Source: Gekko japonicus (taxonomy: Eukaryota). From it: a stretch of DNA of 64,000 nucleotides. Location of the stretch: the NCBI RefSeq assembly GCF_001447785.1, contig NW_015176015.1, positions 364,609 to 428,608 on the forward strand, in the 5' to 3' direction. Each line of letters starts with the position of its first letter. The stretch's first letter is position 1. Below the pieces are notes generated by a model. The model searched no databases. It saw nothing but the letters and a program-made list of their open reading frames with translations, and was not told the origin of the DNA. The translations under genes were made by a program, and so were the position numbers. Below, piece by piece: positions 37,225 to 49,886 of the stretch.

Positions 37225-37707
37225 AAAGAAAGAAAGAAAGGAAGGAAGGAAGGAAGGAAGGAAGGAAGGAAGGAAGGAAGGAAGGAAGGAAGGAAGGAAN
37301 NNNNNNNNNNNNNNNNNNNNNNNNNNNNNNNNNNNNNNNNNNNNNNNNNNNNNNNNNNNNNNNNNNNNNNNNNNNNNNNNNNNNNNNNNNNNNNNNNNNN
37401 NNNNNNNNNNNNNNNNNNNNNNNNNNNNNNNNNNNNNNNNNNNNNNNNNNNNNNNNNNNNNNNNNNNNNNNNNNNNNNNNNNNNNNNNNNNNNNNNNNNN
37501 NNNNNNNNNNNNNNNNNNNNNNNNNNNNNNNNNNNNNNNNNNNNNNNNNNNNNNNNNNNNNNNNNNNNNNNNNNNNNNNNNNNNNNNNNNNNNNNNNNNN
37601 NNNNNNNNNNNNNNNNNNNNNNNNNNNNNNNNNNNNNNNNNNNNNNNNNNNNNNNNNNNNNNNNNNNNNNNNNNNNNNNNNNGGAAGGAAGGAAGGAAGG
37701 AAGGAAG
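37225..37707. repeat. (GAAA)n(GGAA)n microsatellite spanning an assembly gap
   Basis: Direct observation; N gap 37300-37682. Confidence 0.95.
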
Positions 37708-38278
37708 GGTGTTCTGAAATGGTATGGGGGACCCAAACACTCTGGAGCGCCACCTGGCCTCCAGAAAACAGGTCCACCTGCCAAAGTTCACTATATTGGT
37801 AGACCTAGCCTTGGGCTGTCACTTTGTGCTGAGCCTTAAAAAACATACCAGTACATGGGGGGGGGGGGAATTACNNNNNNNNNNNNNNNNNNNNNNNNNN
37901 NNNNNNNNNNNNNNNNNNNNNNNNNNNNNNNNNNNNNNNNNNNNNNNNNNNNNNNNNNNNNNNNNNNNNNNNNNNNNNNNNNNNNNNNNNNNNNNNNNNN
38001 NNNNNNNNNNNNNNNNNNNNNNNNNNNNNNNNNNNNNNNNNNNNNNNNNNNNNNNNNNNNNNNNNNNNNNNNNNNNNNNNNNNNNNNNNNNNNNNNNNNN
38101 NNNNNNNNNNNNNNNNNNNNNNNNNNNNNNNNNNNNNNNNNNNNNNNNNNNNNNNNNNNNNNNNNNNNNNNNNNNNNNNNNNNNNNNNNNNNNNNNNNNN
38201 NNNNNNNNNNNNNNNNNNNNNNNNNNNNNNNNNNNNNNNNNNNNNNNNNNNNNNNNNNNNNNNNNNNNNNNNNNNNNN

Positions 38279-38422
38279 TTGCAATTTCTTGCGTTTGAAC
38301 TGCTAGGTTGGCAGGAGCTGGGACCAGAGACGGGAGCTTACTCCGTCATGCGGCACTCGGGTCTCGAACCGCTGAACTACCGACCTTCCAGTCTGCAGTT
38401 CAGCGTCTTAACCACTTGAGCC
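38279..38422 (-). mobile_element. Sauria SINE 5' part (rest in N gap 37874-38278)
   Basis: Matches the other Sauria copies. Confidence 0.9.
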
Positions 38423-38936
38423 AAAAAGCACTATAGGGTTGTGCAAAAAAAAAAATTGTGCACCAGCACCCCCTAGCACAACTTAGAAGGAACTATGGCG
38501 GCAATATGGAACTTGTTCTTAAAATCCAAAACTGAAAAGTACCATTTTTTTTCCAGGTGCACATCCCTAGAGGGTACTACAGCTGCCTGTCTTCTTTCTC
38601 TGCAGCCTGGAACGGCACATTTGATCAAGAAACATGACATGGATAGAAGAGGTAAACCCCTCCCTTACTCAGTACCATTGCATCTGATCAAAATCCCCTC
38701 TCCCAGCAGCTGCTCTTTATGGGTAAAAAAAATGGAAAACACATCTCCAGTGTAAAATGAAGTTTGACCCTGAGGCAAAAGAGTGGCTGTTACGCAGGGA
38801 CACAAAGATGAACAGGACAAAGCAAAGCTGCTTGATTCAGTGTACAGCTGATACTTGCAAGCCAGTAAATATTGAAAAGGGGTCCTAAGTGTCTTATTGA
38901 TGCTGCCATTGTATGCCCCAATATAATTAACAAATG

Positions 38937-39422
38937 CAGGGGTCGTTTCCTAGAAAAAGAGCTAGGGGAACTCATTAGCATAACTCATTAGCATATGCCA
39001 GACCCCCTGACATCACCGGAAGTGTGTCATAAGGCCACACCCCCTGCCATCACCGGAAGTGTGTAATAAGGCCCCACCCACCACTCAGTTAGTCTTAGTC
39101 TTAAAGGTTAGTCTTAAAGGTGCTATTTGTTAGTCTTAAAATTGCGGGAGTGCGAGGAAGCCCCGCGAAGGCCCCCCGCCCCCAACGATCCCGGCCGCTG
39201 GCGGCGGTAGCCTTGCGGCTCCACTGCCTAGCCCCATGAGGGGCCCGGCGGTGGACCTGCAAGGCTGGCAGGAGTGCAAGGAAGCCCCGCCAAGGCCCCC
39301 CGGCCCCCAACGGTCCCGGCGGCCACCGGCCTTGCGGCTCCACTGCCGAGCCCCATTAGGGGCCCGGCGGTGGACCTGCAAGGCCGGCAGGAGGGTGAGG
39401 AAGCCCCGCCAAGGCCCTCCCT
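38937..39422. mobile_element. hAT-like element with octamer/ETS/CACCC modules followed by a GC-rich ~120-bp tandem repeat (39146-39420)
   Basis: CAGGGG start, ctcattagcata x2, catcaccggaagtgtgt x2; ~2.3 copies of the unit ggagtgc.aggaagccccgc...gtggacctgcaagg. Confidence 0.6.
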
Positions 39423-40217
39423 GAAGTCAGTTTGCAACTAAATGTGTATCATGCTCTCAGAGGTCAAACTTGACATCAGATGTGTTATATATCCGAATAT
39501 GTTCAGGAATCCAGGGCTTGGATCCTACACCTTGCTTCCACTTGTGCCCCTCTTAGTCCATTGTGGAGGTGGGCCTCTACTGCAGAGCTCATTTGTCTAA
39601 TACTAGAGGTTTTCAGCTTTCTGGAATACAGCAAGCTTGAGTGAAAAGAAGCTCCTAATGCAGGAGGAACACTGCCAGGAAGCACTCCCACAATGCAAAA
39701 GAGCTCTGTACAAACTGATGGAAGGCACAGTATCCAAGCCCATGTTTTGGGGATGCTCAATCCCATAAAAAGTGGTCACAGATCCAATTGGACAGTACAT
39801 TTCCCTAGAGAAGCTGTCAGGGAGTGTCCAGAAGGGGGGGTCTCATTTACCCATTCCCTCTCTTCCCTTTGCTTTTCCTCTTTGCTTCCCCCCCCCGCGC
39901 AGCAGTATCTGCAGCCTTTCCCCTTCCCCTCTCTCCCACCCAGTTACCTTTTGTACACCCCAACGTAATTGGCAAATGTATAAAGAATGCTGGCAAGCAC
40001 AGAATTTTGTGTACTGTGTTAGCATTTATTGTTTTTGTATTTCTTTTCCCTCCCGCTGGCAACCTCTCACCTTTCCTTCTCTCCCTCCCTTCCTTATACC
40101 TATCTGGTTCTGGTTCTCCCTCTGGCACCCTCTGCCCCCCTCACTCATTCACTCACCTATCTTCAGGATTTCCTGTTTCTACTTCTTGCTTCTTCACCTT
40201 CCAGCTTTATCTTCTTT

Positions 40218-40660
40218 GGCCCCTGCCACACGGCAGGGAAAACACTGGGAAATTTGCGGCTTCTAAAAGCCGCACCAAAGTTGAGATGCCGCGGCGGGAT
40301 CCCACGGATCCCCTGAGCCGCGTCGCATCGCTCCCCGGCATGATCAGATGCCGAGGAGGAAGAGACGAATGGGAGGGGGAGGATGCCAAACTGCACATGC
40401 TCGAGCATGCGCAGTACGGACGGGGCCCGAGGATGCGCCGGTGCAAGGACGCGCCGGCGATCCCACGGCCGGCTTGAGGCGCTCTTCTCTGAAGAGCCAC
40501 CTAGGTAGGTGGTTCTTTTTTAGTGCGGGTTTTTGGGCGGGAGGGACGGATCGGGGACGGGCAGGCAACGATTCCCAGATGTTGCTGTGGGATCGTGCCC
40601 ATTTGCTCCGCCCCCGATCCATCCCGCTTCCGGTCCAAAACGCCTCATATGAACAGGGCC
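40218..40660. mobile_element. CpG-rich PIF/Harbinger-like MITE
   Basis: ggcccctgccacacg / catatgaacagggcc, TSD TTT/TTT; homologous to 42454-42898. Confidence 0.8.
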
Positions 40661-41083
40661 TTTTCCTCCTATCTTTTACCTTTCTTTGTTTCTCTCACAC
40701 GCATCCTTTTTGCTTGGAAACCTTGGCACTATCGTTGGTATTTGTCGAGCTGTTACCAAAATGGCCACCAAGATCTTAAAACATAGTATTGTAAGAGCTC
40801 AGTGGCATTCACGAAGCCAACATTACTTCTATGATTAAGAGATTTAAAATCCCCAATGTATTTTTTTTAACATTTCATATTTTTCTGCAAACCTGAGGCT
40901 TCCCTCAGGCTTGAAAAAAGTGTGGATTTCTAAATCCACGTTCTGAGGCCATTGTTTAGAATTAGACACATTGATTAGAATTGTGGCAGATAGTTTTTGG
41001 AATTTATAGCTGTACAGAGAAACACAGCCCTGTCAATGCCTCAGAATAGCAGGTAGTATAAAATTTGATGGAAATTTCTTTTA

Positions 41084-41282
41084 AGTTGCTGCCAATTTAT
41101 GGCAACCCCATAGGGTTTTCAAGGCAAGAGAGAAACAGAAGTGGGTTTTGCCATTGTTTGCCTCTGTGTAGCATCCCTGGACTGCTTTGGTGGTCTCCCA
41201 TCCAAGTACTAACCAGGGCCAACCCTTCTTAGCTTCCAAGATCTGACAACAGTAGGCTAGCTTGAACCATCCAGGTCAGAGC
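41084..41282 (-). mobile_element. 5S-derived SINE
   Basis: ggtggtctcccatccaagtactaaccagggcc..cttagcttccaagatctgac = reverse complement of the 5S internal control region. Confidence 0.85.
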
Positions 41283-41937
41283 AGTATAAGATTTAGTGCC
41301 TGATAAAAGTACAGGGTACCTTAATGTAAAAAAATAAGGTACCTCAAACACCCTAGTTTCCCCTTTCTGCTGGTGTTTCCAAGTCATTCCCATTACATGT
41401 AAACTCTTCTGCCTGTGGGGATGGTTCTGACATAGTTAATATTGTGTCATTGATACCCTGGCAGGAAAGTGCATTACTTGGATGGCTGCTAACCACAGAG
41501 GTACCTATATGGACCAAAGATTTACACATACTGGGACTCTGACATACAGGCAACATAGATAGAGGTGGCATGGCAGTACCTGTGTTGCCCCAAGTTGTGC
41601 CTGAGTTCTGGAGGTCTTCAATCTACAGACCAGCTTAAGGCAAAAATAAACCCAGGCAGTTATAAAACTGGAACCTTTCCTTGCTGTTCCTCACCTCCTG
41701 TCATACAGACTGGCATTCTAAATGAATGTCTCCTTCTTCCCCAGCACAACCTCTCCTTCTGTTTGTGCCATTACAATCTGTCACCAGTGAAACAACAGCA
41801 AAATAGTAGCAGCAGTTAGTGAGGACGAGAATGTTGGGAGAGTTTCAGCTCCTCTTAAAAGAGAAAAGGTACAAGAGAAGTTAATAGATGCTAGGTAAAA
41901 TGAGCCCGGCGGGAAAAAAAGACAGGTTTGGCAGAAG

Positions 41938-42334
41938 CCGGGCTATTTTTGGGCAGGAACGCACAGGAACGGAGTTCGGACTGGCTCCTGAGTTGGCCAC
42001 GCCCAGCAGGAACTCATTAGCATAATAGGCCACACCCAACAGCAGAAACTCATTAGGATTGGCTACTTTAGGGGTGTGTGGCCTAACATGCAAAGGAGTT
42101 CCTGCTACAAAAAAAGCCCTGGGTTTTGACCACAAACAAGGTAAACAGAATAAGAAGCAAAAGATGGGTGTGGCTGGATGAGCACACTTCTGGTAACATG
42201 GGGGTGTGGCCTAATATGCCAATGAACTGTGCTGTCAGGGGTGTGGCCTAATATGCTAATACGTTTCTGCTGTTGTGTGTGGCCTATTATGCTAATGAGT
42301 TCCTGCTGGGCTTTTTTCCACAAAAAAAGCCCTG
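41938..42334 (-). mobile_element. hAT MITE with CAGGGCT TIR (octamer/CACCC-rich family)
   Basis: Perfect 8-bp TSD GGCAGAAG. Confidence 0.9.
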
Positions 42335-42453
42335 GGCAGAAGTATTAACTAGCTCTGGGGTCTGATTGCTTTTAAGGGCTACATTACACACAACATGTTT
42401 AGGTGTGCTCCAAAGATGTTTTAACGAGTACCTAAAAGCATGATTTCAACCAA

Positions 42454-42898
42454 GGCCCTAGTCACACTGGGGAAAATAGGTGCGGCCAAAGTGCGGCTTT
42501 TTTGAGCCGCACCAAAAGAGACGCGCGGCGGCGGGATCAGACAGATCCCCCCAGTTGCCGCGCAGGTCCTCCCCAGCACGATCAGATGCCGGGAGGAAGC
42601 CATGGAACGGAGAGCGAGGCCAGCCCGCTGCGCATGCATGTGCATGCGAAGTTTGGCAGGGCCTCGCATGCTGCGGGAGAGATGGGCATGCCAGTGATCA
42701 GACGGCCGTCGCTGCAGCGGATTTTCAGGTAGGTAGTAGTGTTTTCTAGGGGTTTTTTTGATGCACAGTTTTGCCCGGAAGGGATGGATCGGGGACGGGT
42801 GCGCGCCGCTTCCCAGATGTTGCTGTGTGATCGCGCCCGCTTGATGCGCCCTTGATCTGTCCCTCTCACGTGGCAAATCCTCCCGTGTGACCGGGGCC
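42454..42898. mobile_element. CpG-rich PIF/Harbinger-like MITE
   Basis: ggccctagtcacac / gtgtgaccggggcc, TSD CAA/CAA. Confidence 0.85.
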
Positions 42899-42977
42899 CA
42901 AGATGTGTATCATATAGATACACTTGCTGTAGACCTCAGTTGGGCTGCAGCTCCTGACTGAGGGAGCACAATAGGAA

Positions 42978-43193
42978 GTAGAATTGCCAGCCTCCAGGTG
43001 GGGCCTGCAGACCTTCCGAAATTACAATTGATCTCCAGGCAACAGAGATCAGTTCCCCTGGAGAAAATGACTGCTTCGGAAGGTGGACTCTATGGCACTG
43101 TACCCTGCTGAGCACTCCCCTCCCAAACCCCACCTTCCCCAAGCTCCACACCCAAAATCTCCAGGTATTTCCAACCTACAGCTGGCAACCCTA
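42978..43193. mobile_element. hAT MITE (TAGGGTTGCCA family)
   Basis: tagaattgccagcc / gctggcaacccta. Confidence 0.8.
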
Positions 43194-43510
43194 ATAGCAA
43201 GCCTGTGTTTGCCTCTGTGCACTGTATGAAATGGCCATGAAAGTATCTATTTGGAAAGGACACTGGGTAACTTACAGAGGACCATTTCCAGAGGACCATT
43301 TCCTCTTGTCATCTGACAATGGGACACAGAACACCATACAAACAGCAGGTTTTGTGTAGCATTCAAAGGGTACAACCGGACACCACAGCCCCAATACCCC
43401 ACATCTTTATGAAGAATGCATATAGCAATAAGTAATATAAAAAGAGAAGCCTTGTTTAAGAGTTCTAGTACAAATCCACCCCCACCTGACATCTCTAAAC
43501 AACACGAATA

Positions 43511-43705
43511 CATGAAGCTACCTTATACTGAGTTACACCATTGGGTCTATCAAGGTCAGTGTTGTCTGCTTCGACTGGCAGCTAATCTCTAGGGTCTTGG
43601 GCAGAGGTATTTCACATTACCTACTACCAGACCCTTTTAAATTGGAGGTGTCAGGGATTGGAGACCTTGTCCATGTAAAGCAGATGCTCTACCACTGAGC
43701 CACAG
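43511..43705 (-). mobile_element. tRNA-derived SINE (Squam2-like)
   Basis: Minus head CTGTGGCTCAGTGGTAGAGCATCTGC; tail CAGTATAAGGTAGCTTCATG. Confidence 0.85.
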
Positions 43706-43706
43706 T

Positions 43707-44375
43707 TAGGGACACCAGCCTCCAGGTGGGATCTGGGGATCCCCTATGGTTGCCAAGTCCATCTTCCACTCCCAGCAGGGGACTTTGGAGGCATTCCTGG
43801 AGGGGGTGGGGCATCCCCGACGTGATGACGTCACGTTGGGGACGTCCGCCGCCCCCCACACACACACCTGCGCACAGGATCTCCAGAAACGGCAGTTTCC
43901 TGCACTTAAAGGAGCCGGCGTTTCCCTTTTAAATGCAGGAGCCGGCGTTTCCCCTTTAAGAGCAGCCGCGTTTCCCTTTTAAGAGCATGAAGCTGGCATT
44001 TCCCTGCAAGCTTGCGGAGATTGGGCTTGGGAGGAAACATGGATTCCACACACTTAAAGGGAGAGAGATGGGTGGCTGTGGGTGTTGGGGGTGGGGCTTC
44101 CGAACCCCCCCAAAAAAAGGGAGACCCCTGGCAAACTGGGGGGTTTGGCAACCCTAGGATCCCCTGAAACTACAGCTCATCTCCAGACTACAGAGATCAA
44201 TTCCCCTGGAGAAAATGGATGCTTTGAAGGGTGGACTCTACGGTATTATATCCCAGTGAAGTCCTCTCCAGGCTCCATCCTAAATCTCCAGGGGCTTCCC
44301 AACCTGGATCTGGCAATCCTACCCTCACATCCCCTGTTAGTGGCCGGGGTGTGGGGGGGACACCTGGCAACCCTA
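43707..44375. mobile_element. Nested hAT MITEs (inner element 43745-44156)
   Basis: Inner tatggttgccaa / ttggcaacccta with TSD GGATCCCC on both sides; outer ends tagggacacc / ctggcaacccta. Confidence 0.8.
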
Positions 44376-44680
44376 GCCACAGCTATTTTTCCAGGACCTT
44401 TCAATCAAGACATTCTGCAATACTGGGCCTTCTAAAGCATTTTTGTAAGTTAGAATTTTCCCACAGGTATCCAATAAAAAGGGGTCAAAGAGACGTCTGG
44501 CAATCCTACCCTCACATCCCCTGTTGGTGGCCGGGGTGTGTGGGGGGTGACACCTGGCAACCCTAGCCACAGCTAGGTTTCCAGGACCTTTCAATCAAGG
44601 CATTCTGCAATACTGGGCTTTCTAAAGCATTTTTGTAAGAATTTTCCCACAGGTATCAAATAAAAAGGGGTCAAAGAGAC
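44309..44680. repeat. Tandem duplication (~186 bp) of a MITE right end plus flank
   Basis: 44309-44494 and 44496-44680 with several substitutions/indels. Confidence 0.9.
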
Positions 44681-45648
44681 TTGAGGAGATTTCCCCCCCC
44701 CCTTACAGTATACTCATAAGATGGAGGTCAAGGAAATACTCCATGGTTTTTGTGAAGGAGAATTAACATGGAGGGAAGAAGCCAAGGAACTTCTCACCAA
44801 TCCCCTGGCACAGTTCATGCAATTTTGGAAGGCATTTCCTGTACTTTTCCAAAACTACCGCTTTACAGTAAATAGCTCTTCCCCTGTGGAGTTTATTCTT
44901 ATCCCACTCCGCATTTTCAATTGCAAGACAAAAGAGGCATGACTTTTTTCGAGTTCCACTTATAAGAGAGGGTTTTGTACCCAAGCAGTTTTTCAATTGC
45001 TCTCCATTGCCATTGTTCCAGTTTGGATGTATCATTCTTAACTAACAAGAAATTCTAAATGAGGCCTTTGCTTCATACACTGGTAATTAATATGATATCC
45101 TTTCTGAATTAATTTGCCTTCATAAACCTTAGAATTATAAAATAGCTTATTTAGCTTTGCACAGTATTATGCACCACATGCAAAACAGAAACATCCTTAC
45201 AGATTCCTGCCAATCTGCATCCACCTGAGCAAGTAAACAGCTAATATAGTACTGGCAATGCTCTGTATTGGCACACATATCTCTATCCTGTTCCCAGAAC
45301 CTGCACACCTCTGCAGTGACAGGCTCCCACACAGTTCTGTTGCACATATCTATTCAATAAACACATCAATTACAGCCAAAAACCCAACTTATACATTGAG
45401 TTTTCTGGATAATTGCCACCACAAAATTGCTGTCTAGTAGCTGGCTCCTACACTACATCAAAACATGTAGGATAATTTTATTACATCGGTAGCACAGATC
45501 ACACAAGTATGTGGAGAATACTGGTGTTGAAACTACCCATGTAATCTAGGTCATAACAACCCATGTAATCTGGGTGGGTATGGAAGAGAAGAGGCAGATG
45601 ATGGGAAGAAGTTCTGCAGCAGCAACTATATTGCCAAAGCAATAGGTT

Positions 45649-45997
45649 AAAGGTAAAGGTTCCCTTGCTCGAAAGCCAGTCGAATCCGACTCTAGGGTTG
45701 CAGTGCTCATCTCCATTTCAAAGCCGAAGAGCCAGCGCTGTCCGAAGACATTTCCGTGGTCATGTGGCCGGCAGGACTAAACACCAAGGCGCACGGAACG
45801 CTGTTACCTTCCCACTGAAGTGGTACCTATTTATCTACTTGCAATTTCTTACTTTCGAACTTCTAGGTTGGCAGGAGCTGGAACTAGAGACAGGAGCTCA
45901 CTCCATCATGCAGCACACTTGGGTCTCGAACCGCTGAACTACTGACCTTCCACAGCCTGCAGTTCAGCGTCTTAACCACTTGAGCCACCGCAGCTCC
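45649..45997 (-). mobile_element. Sauria SINE (Squam1), full length
   Basis: Complete head and tail; TSD aaagcaataggtta / aaagcagtaggtta. Confidence 0.95.
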
Positions 45998-48357
45998 AAA
46001 AAAGCAGTAGGTTAGCTGACCCTAAAAATCACATCATGCTTATGTCCCATCTCACTCTTCTAAGAGCAATGGAGACCTTTGTGCTAGGTTCATACTACAC
46101 AGAGACTGGGAGGCATTTTACAACTGGGACATAGTATAATCTATTTTGGATAGCACAGGAAAGAAATCAAATGCGAGACATTCTGGAAAGAAACTTAGCC
46201 TGGAGATTCACCAAAGCCCAACATGAAGACTCCTGGAGCTTTTCATTTGGGATGGGCTCAGATCTGGAAAGATAATTTATCTTGTTTTCTGTCTTAGTCC
46301 GACAACTGTCTGTTTGTATGTGATGCTTTCCTGTCATATCATAATTTGAATTTTTAAAATTGGGATATCTCAAACAAGCAAGGATGTTTCAGTGTCTCAG
46401 AGGAAGCGTTTCCATTTACACAGGCACTTTGGATCAAACTGAAAGGTGGCATAAGACTAACACGGGAAGCTGGCAACAGTTGCAAGTCATGAATTAATGT
46501 GTCAAGATGGTGGAACAGAAAGAGCCCACAGTGACACTAGCGAAGTAGCACATTAAATGCTTTATCTGGTAGTGGAGAAATTCCCCTTCACCCATTCATT
46601 GCTTCAGTGATGCTTTGTACTAACTATTCCATTTATAATATAACTTGACTTTTTGACATCTCAGGTAGCATTTGCTCTCAGTTTTACTTTTAGACTGGTC
46701 TCGCCTAAGAGAGAAACCAGATGTTACCTTGTCATAGGTATATAAAATATTTCCACACTTTTATATACATAACACAGGAAATTGTTATGTGTGAACAGCT
46801 AAAACACTAGTATAATGCTGTAATGATTGTACAATTCTGAGCCAAGTTTGGAATTCCAGATTTTACAAAATGACACTGAGTCAGACCTATTTATTACCAG
46901 CCCACATATTACATTTTCCTGTGTTTGCAGCCATAGGAGTAACTCAAGTATCATCCAAAAGGTAAATGTCTGGATCAGCCACAAAACTGATTCATGACTG
47001 AATCACCCTAGCACTCAGTGGTGGCTATTGACATCTCTAACCTGTGCATAGCAGAAAAATCTAGTTTAAGACTTATGCTTCTGAAAGGGATTTCTGTGGC
47101 TTCAAAGTCCCAAGAAGAAGTTGGTATGTCTTTAAAAACTGGGGAGGGGGAATCTGTGCATTTTAAAAATCAAAATGCAAAGAGGGGGGAAATCAGTGTT
47201 TCTAGGGTGTTAAATACACCATGTCACCATGTCCTTAACAGGATCTGCACTTATCTGGAGGTGGGAGGTGGGAAGAGGCAGAGGGAATCCCTCTTTGTCT
47301 AAACAATAGCTCGTGTCACTGTGAAGTCTGACAGGGCAGCAGGGAACCTTTTGCCTATGAATACGCATAGCTAATGATTTCTGGGTAGTGCACACATTGC
47401 TTGAAACAAAGGCCTCAGCATTTGATGGCAACTGAATGATGGAAAGATGCGGGGGAGTTTAGATTTAAAGTAGTCAGCTAATGCAAAAGCCTTGTTACTT
47501 TTCTCAAAGCACCCCATTCCTCTCTCACATGCACATATACCTAGCTACTAGCACATTTCTATCTATGTACCCAGTAGGTCTCTGGAGAGGTGGCATATAC
47601 ATTTTCTCAACAAATAAATAAACTTACCAAATCCGTAGAGTAGTGGTTTCTAAATAAGGATTTAGGAATCACCAGTCCATCACAAGAACTTGTGAAGGGA
47701 TGACAAGTCTACCACTAGTTGGATTTTTTTAGGAAGGGAGTAAAAGAAATACCACCAAAACTGCCAACTACAAGTAATTTCAAATTCCAAAAGTTGTCTC
47801 AGACCCACAGGCAGACATATTGATCAGAGGAACAAACTTGTTAAGATGAACAGTCTAAGGGCAAGATTATGTCATGTCCATTGGGCATGCTAAGAATTGA
47901 TGTCTATTTTAGATGGGAAAGAGGTGTTGTGAAGAATAGGATTTAACACACATGTTTAGTACCTAGAAAGTCTTACTGCTACATTCTGCCATCTGCATAG
48001 CCCAGCTAAAGACCAAAAGATATTAGGCTAAAGTGAGCATAGACCATGTTATGTTGCAGACTCCATTCTACTAGTTGCAGGGTTGACCATTGTTTACTGT
48101 GCTTTACAGCCCAACTCTGCAATTCAAACTGTGGTAACAAGGAATCAGGATGTGATCGGTTACTATCTTTTAGGCTGACTACAGGCCAAAACCAAGAAGA
48201 AAGCTGGTAATAATGGGCCTGGCATGCCTGCTAAGCCCAGGGAATGTCTCCTACCTCCCACCAAGTCACCAGACGTTACTGAGTTATCAAGGATTTCCTT
48301 TACCTATAAATCAAGCCTAATCCAACAGCAAACCAGATCCCCTTCCAAGTAAGGAGG

Positions 48358-48564
48358 GAAGGGGCTATGGCTTACTGGTAGACCATCTGCTTGGCATTCA
48401 GAAGGTCCCAGGTTTAATCCCTAGCACCTGCAGCTAAAAGGATCATGTGGGAGGTGATGTGAAAGATCTCAGTCTGAGACACTGGAGAGCCGCTGCCAGC
48501 TTAAGTAGACAGTATTGACTTTGATGGGCCAGTGGTCTGATTCAGTACAAGGCAGCCTCATGTG
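48358..48564 (+). mobile_element. tRNA-derived SINE (Squam2-like)
   Basis: A box tggcttactgg, B box ggtttaatccc, tail ggtctgattcagtacaaggcagcctcatgtg. Confidence 0.85.
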
Positions 48565-48682
48565 CCATAGCTTAGAGTTTCTTAATGGTGCTCCTCCCTT
48601 GTCTAGATTCCCTGACCATAATATGCATATGTGCTCTAGTAGTACATTACTGAAGAAGTCTACCTGTGAATCTTATCTTTCT

Positions 48683-48857
48683 GAGGTTAAAAGGATCCCC
48701 ATCAGCAACAAGGGTGTTTGTCAAGGTTAGCTTAAAAAATAGCTAAATGTTTTTGTTTTTTTTGAGGATGAGCGAGGTTAAAAGGATCCCCATCAGCAAC
48801 AATGGTGTTTGCCAAGGTTAGCTTAAAAAAAATAGCTAAATGTTTTTTTGAGGATGA
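48683..48857. repeat. Tandem duplication (~88 bp)
   Basis: gaggttaaaaggatccccatcagc...gaggatga twice, diverged at a few sites. Confidence 0.9.
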
Positions 48858-49886
48858 ACTTTGGCTATACAGGGAGGCTAATGTGAACCCAAGAAAAGAC
48901 ACAAGAGGGAACAGATTACAAAAATGGAGGGAGAGGGCAGAAAGATAAAGGAAAAAAGAAAAAAATGTGTAACTCAGTCTGATCTTTCCAGAAACTCCAG
49001 AATCTGCCCTATATTTCTTTTCTGCATCTATTCTCAGCTTGTATTCTCATGAAGCGGCAAAGCACTCAGTTTAGGAGCATGTCCTTCTGTTTGAATGACA
49101 CCATCTGCTTTCACTGAACAGCAAGTAATTAGCAGGGCAATCCTATGCAGAGTTGCTGTAGTCTTAAGTACAATGGGTTGAGACTGACTAACTCTGTTAG
49201 GATTGCACTGCTAGCTTTTACAGTGAGTATTCCAGGATTGTTAATAATTCTGTGAAATGCCCATCCCCACAGCAATGGCCAAAGTGGATGACATGTTACA
49301 GACTTCGTTCATTTTGTCACCAGAGAGCCAGAGAGGAAAACTGCCTCCTTGCCCAGTTCCTGTTTCTATTGCATGGTCATTCCCAGCAGTAGGTTAATAC
49401 AGGAAGTACCTTCCCCATGCATTTTGCATACATGTAAAGCTTTAGGAACAGCTGCCAAAATCCTTTAAAAAAACACACAGACAATATTCTAATCAAGTTC
49501 AGCTGGCTTACCCCAACCCTGTTTGCTTTTGTTACAGTCAGGTTAGTTTTGGGCAGCTTTACCCATCTGTTTGTTTCTGTGACATTTGGATCAAATTCAA
49601 GAAGCTTCAATTTTTTAAAAAATGGTATTTATTGCATTCCTATGCCAGGTTTTAAAACCGTGTTGCAGTTTTAGACTGCAGACCTAAACACACTTAATAA
49701 AGGGATAATCCCTACTGAACTCTGCTAATTTATTTCCTGTTACAGGCCTTTCTAAAATGACAGCGCAACCAGATCACCAGCCAATCCCTTCTCTGGCTAG
49801 TTGCACCAATATCACTTTGCTATACCACTACTGCTATTCTGTTCAAAAGGGAGGAAATATTGCTATTAAGAGATGTTTGAATAAAG

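Noticed and set aside
36997-38419. Long ORFs of 137-264 aa
   Set aside because: Artefacts of N gaps and (GGAA)n.
39772-40786. GC-rich long ORFs suggesting a CpG-island gene start
   Set aside because: They overlap a Harbinger-like MITE with TIRs/TSD and a pyrimidine-rich low-complexity flank.
44709-44867. Plus-strand exon-like frame MEVKEILHGFCEGELTWREEAKELL...
   Set aside because: Isolated, weak donor, no recognisable family and no partner exons.
48358-48432. tRNA gene
   Set aside because: Degenerate tRNA-like head of a Squam2-like SINE; no intact cloverleaf.
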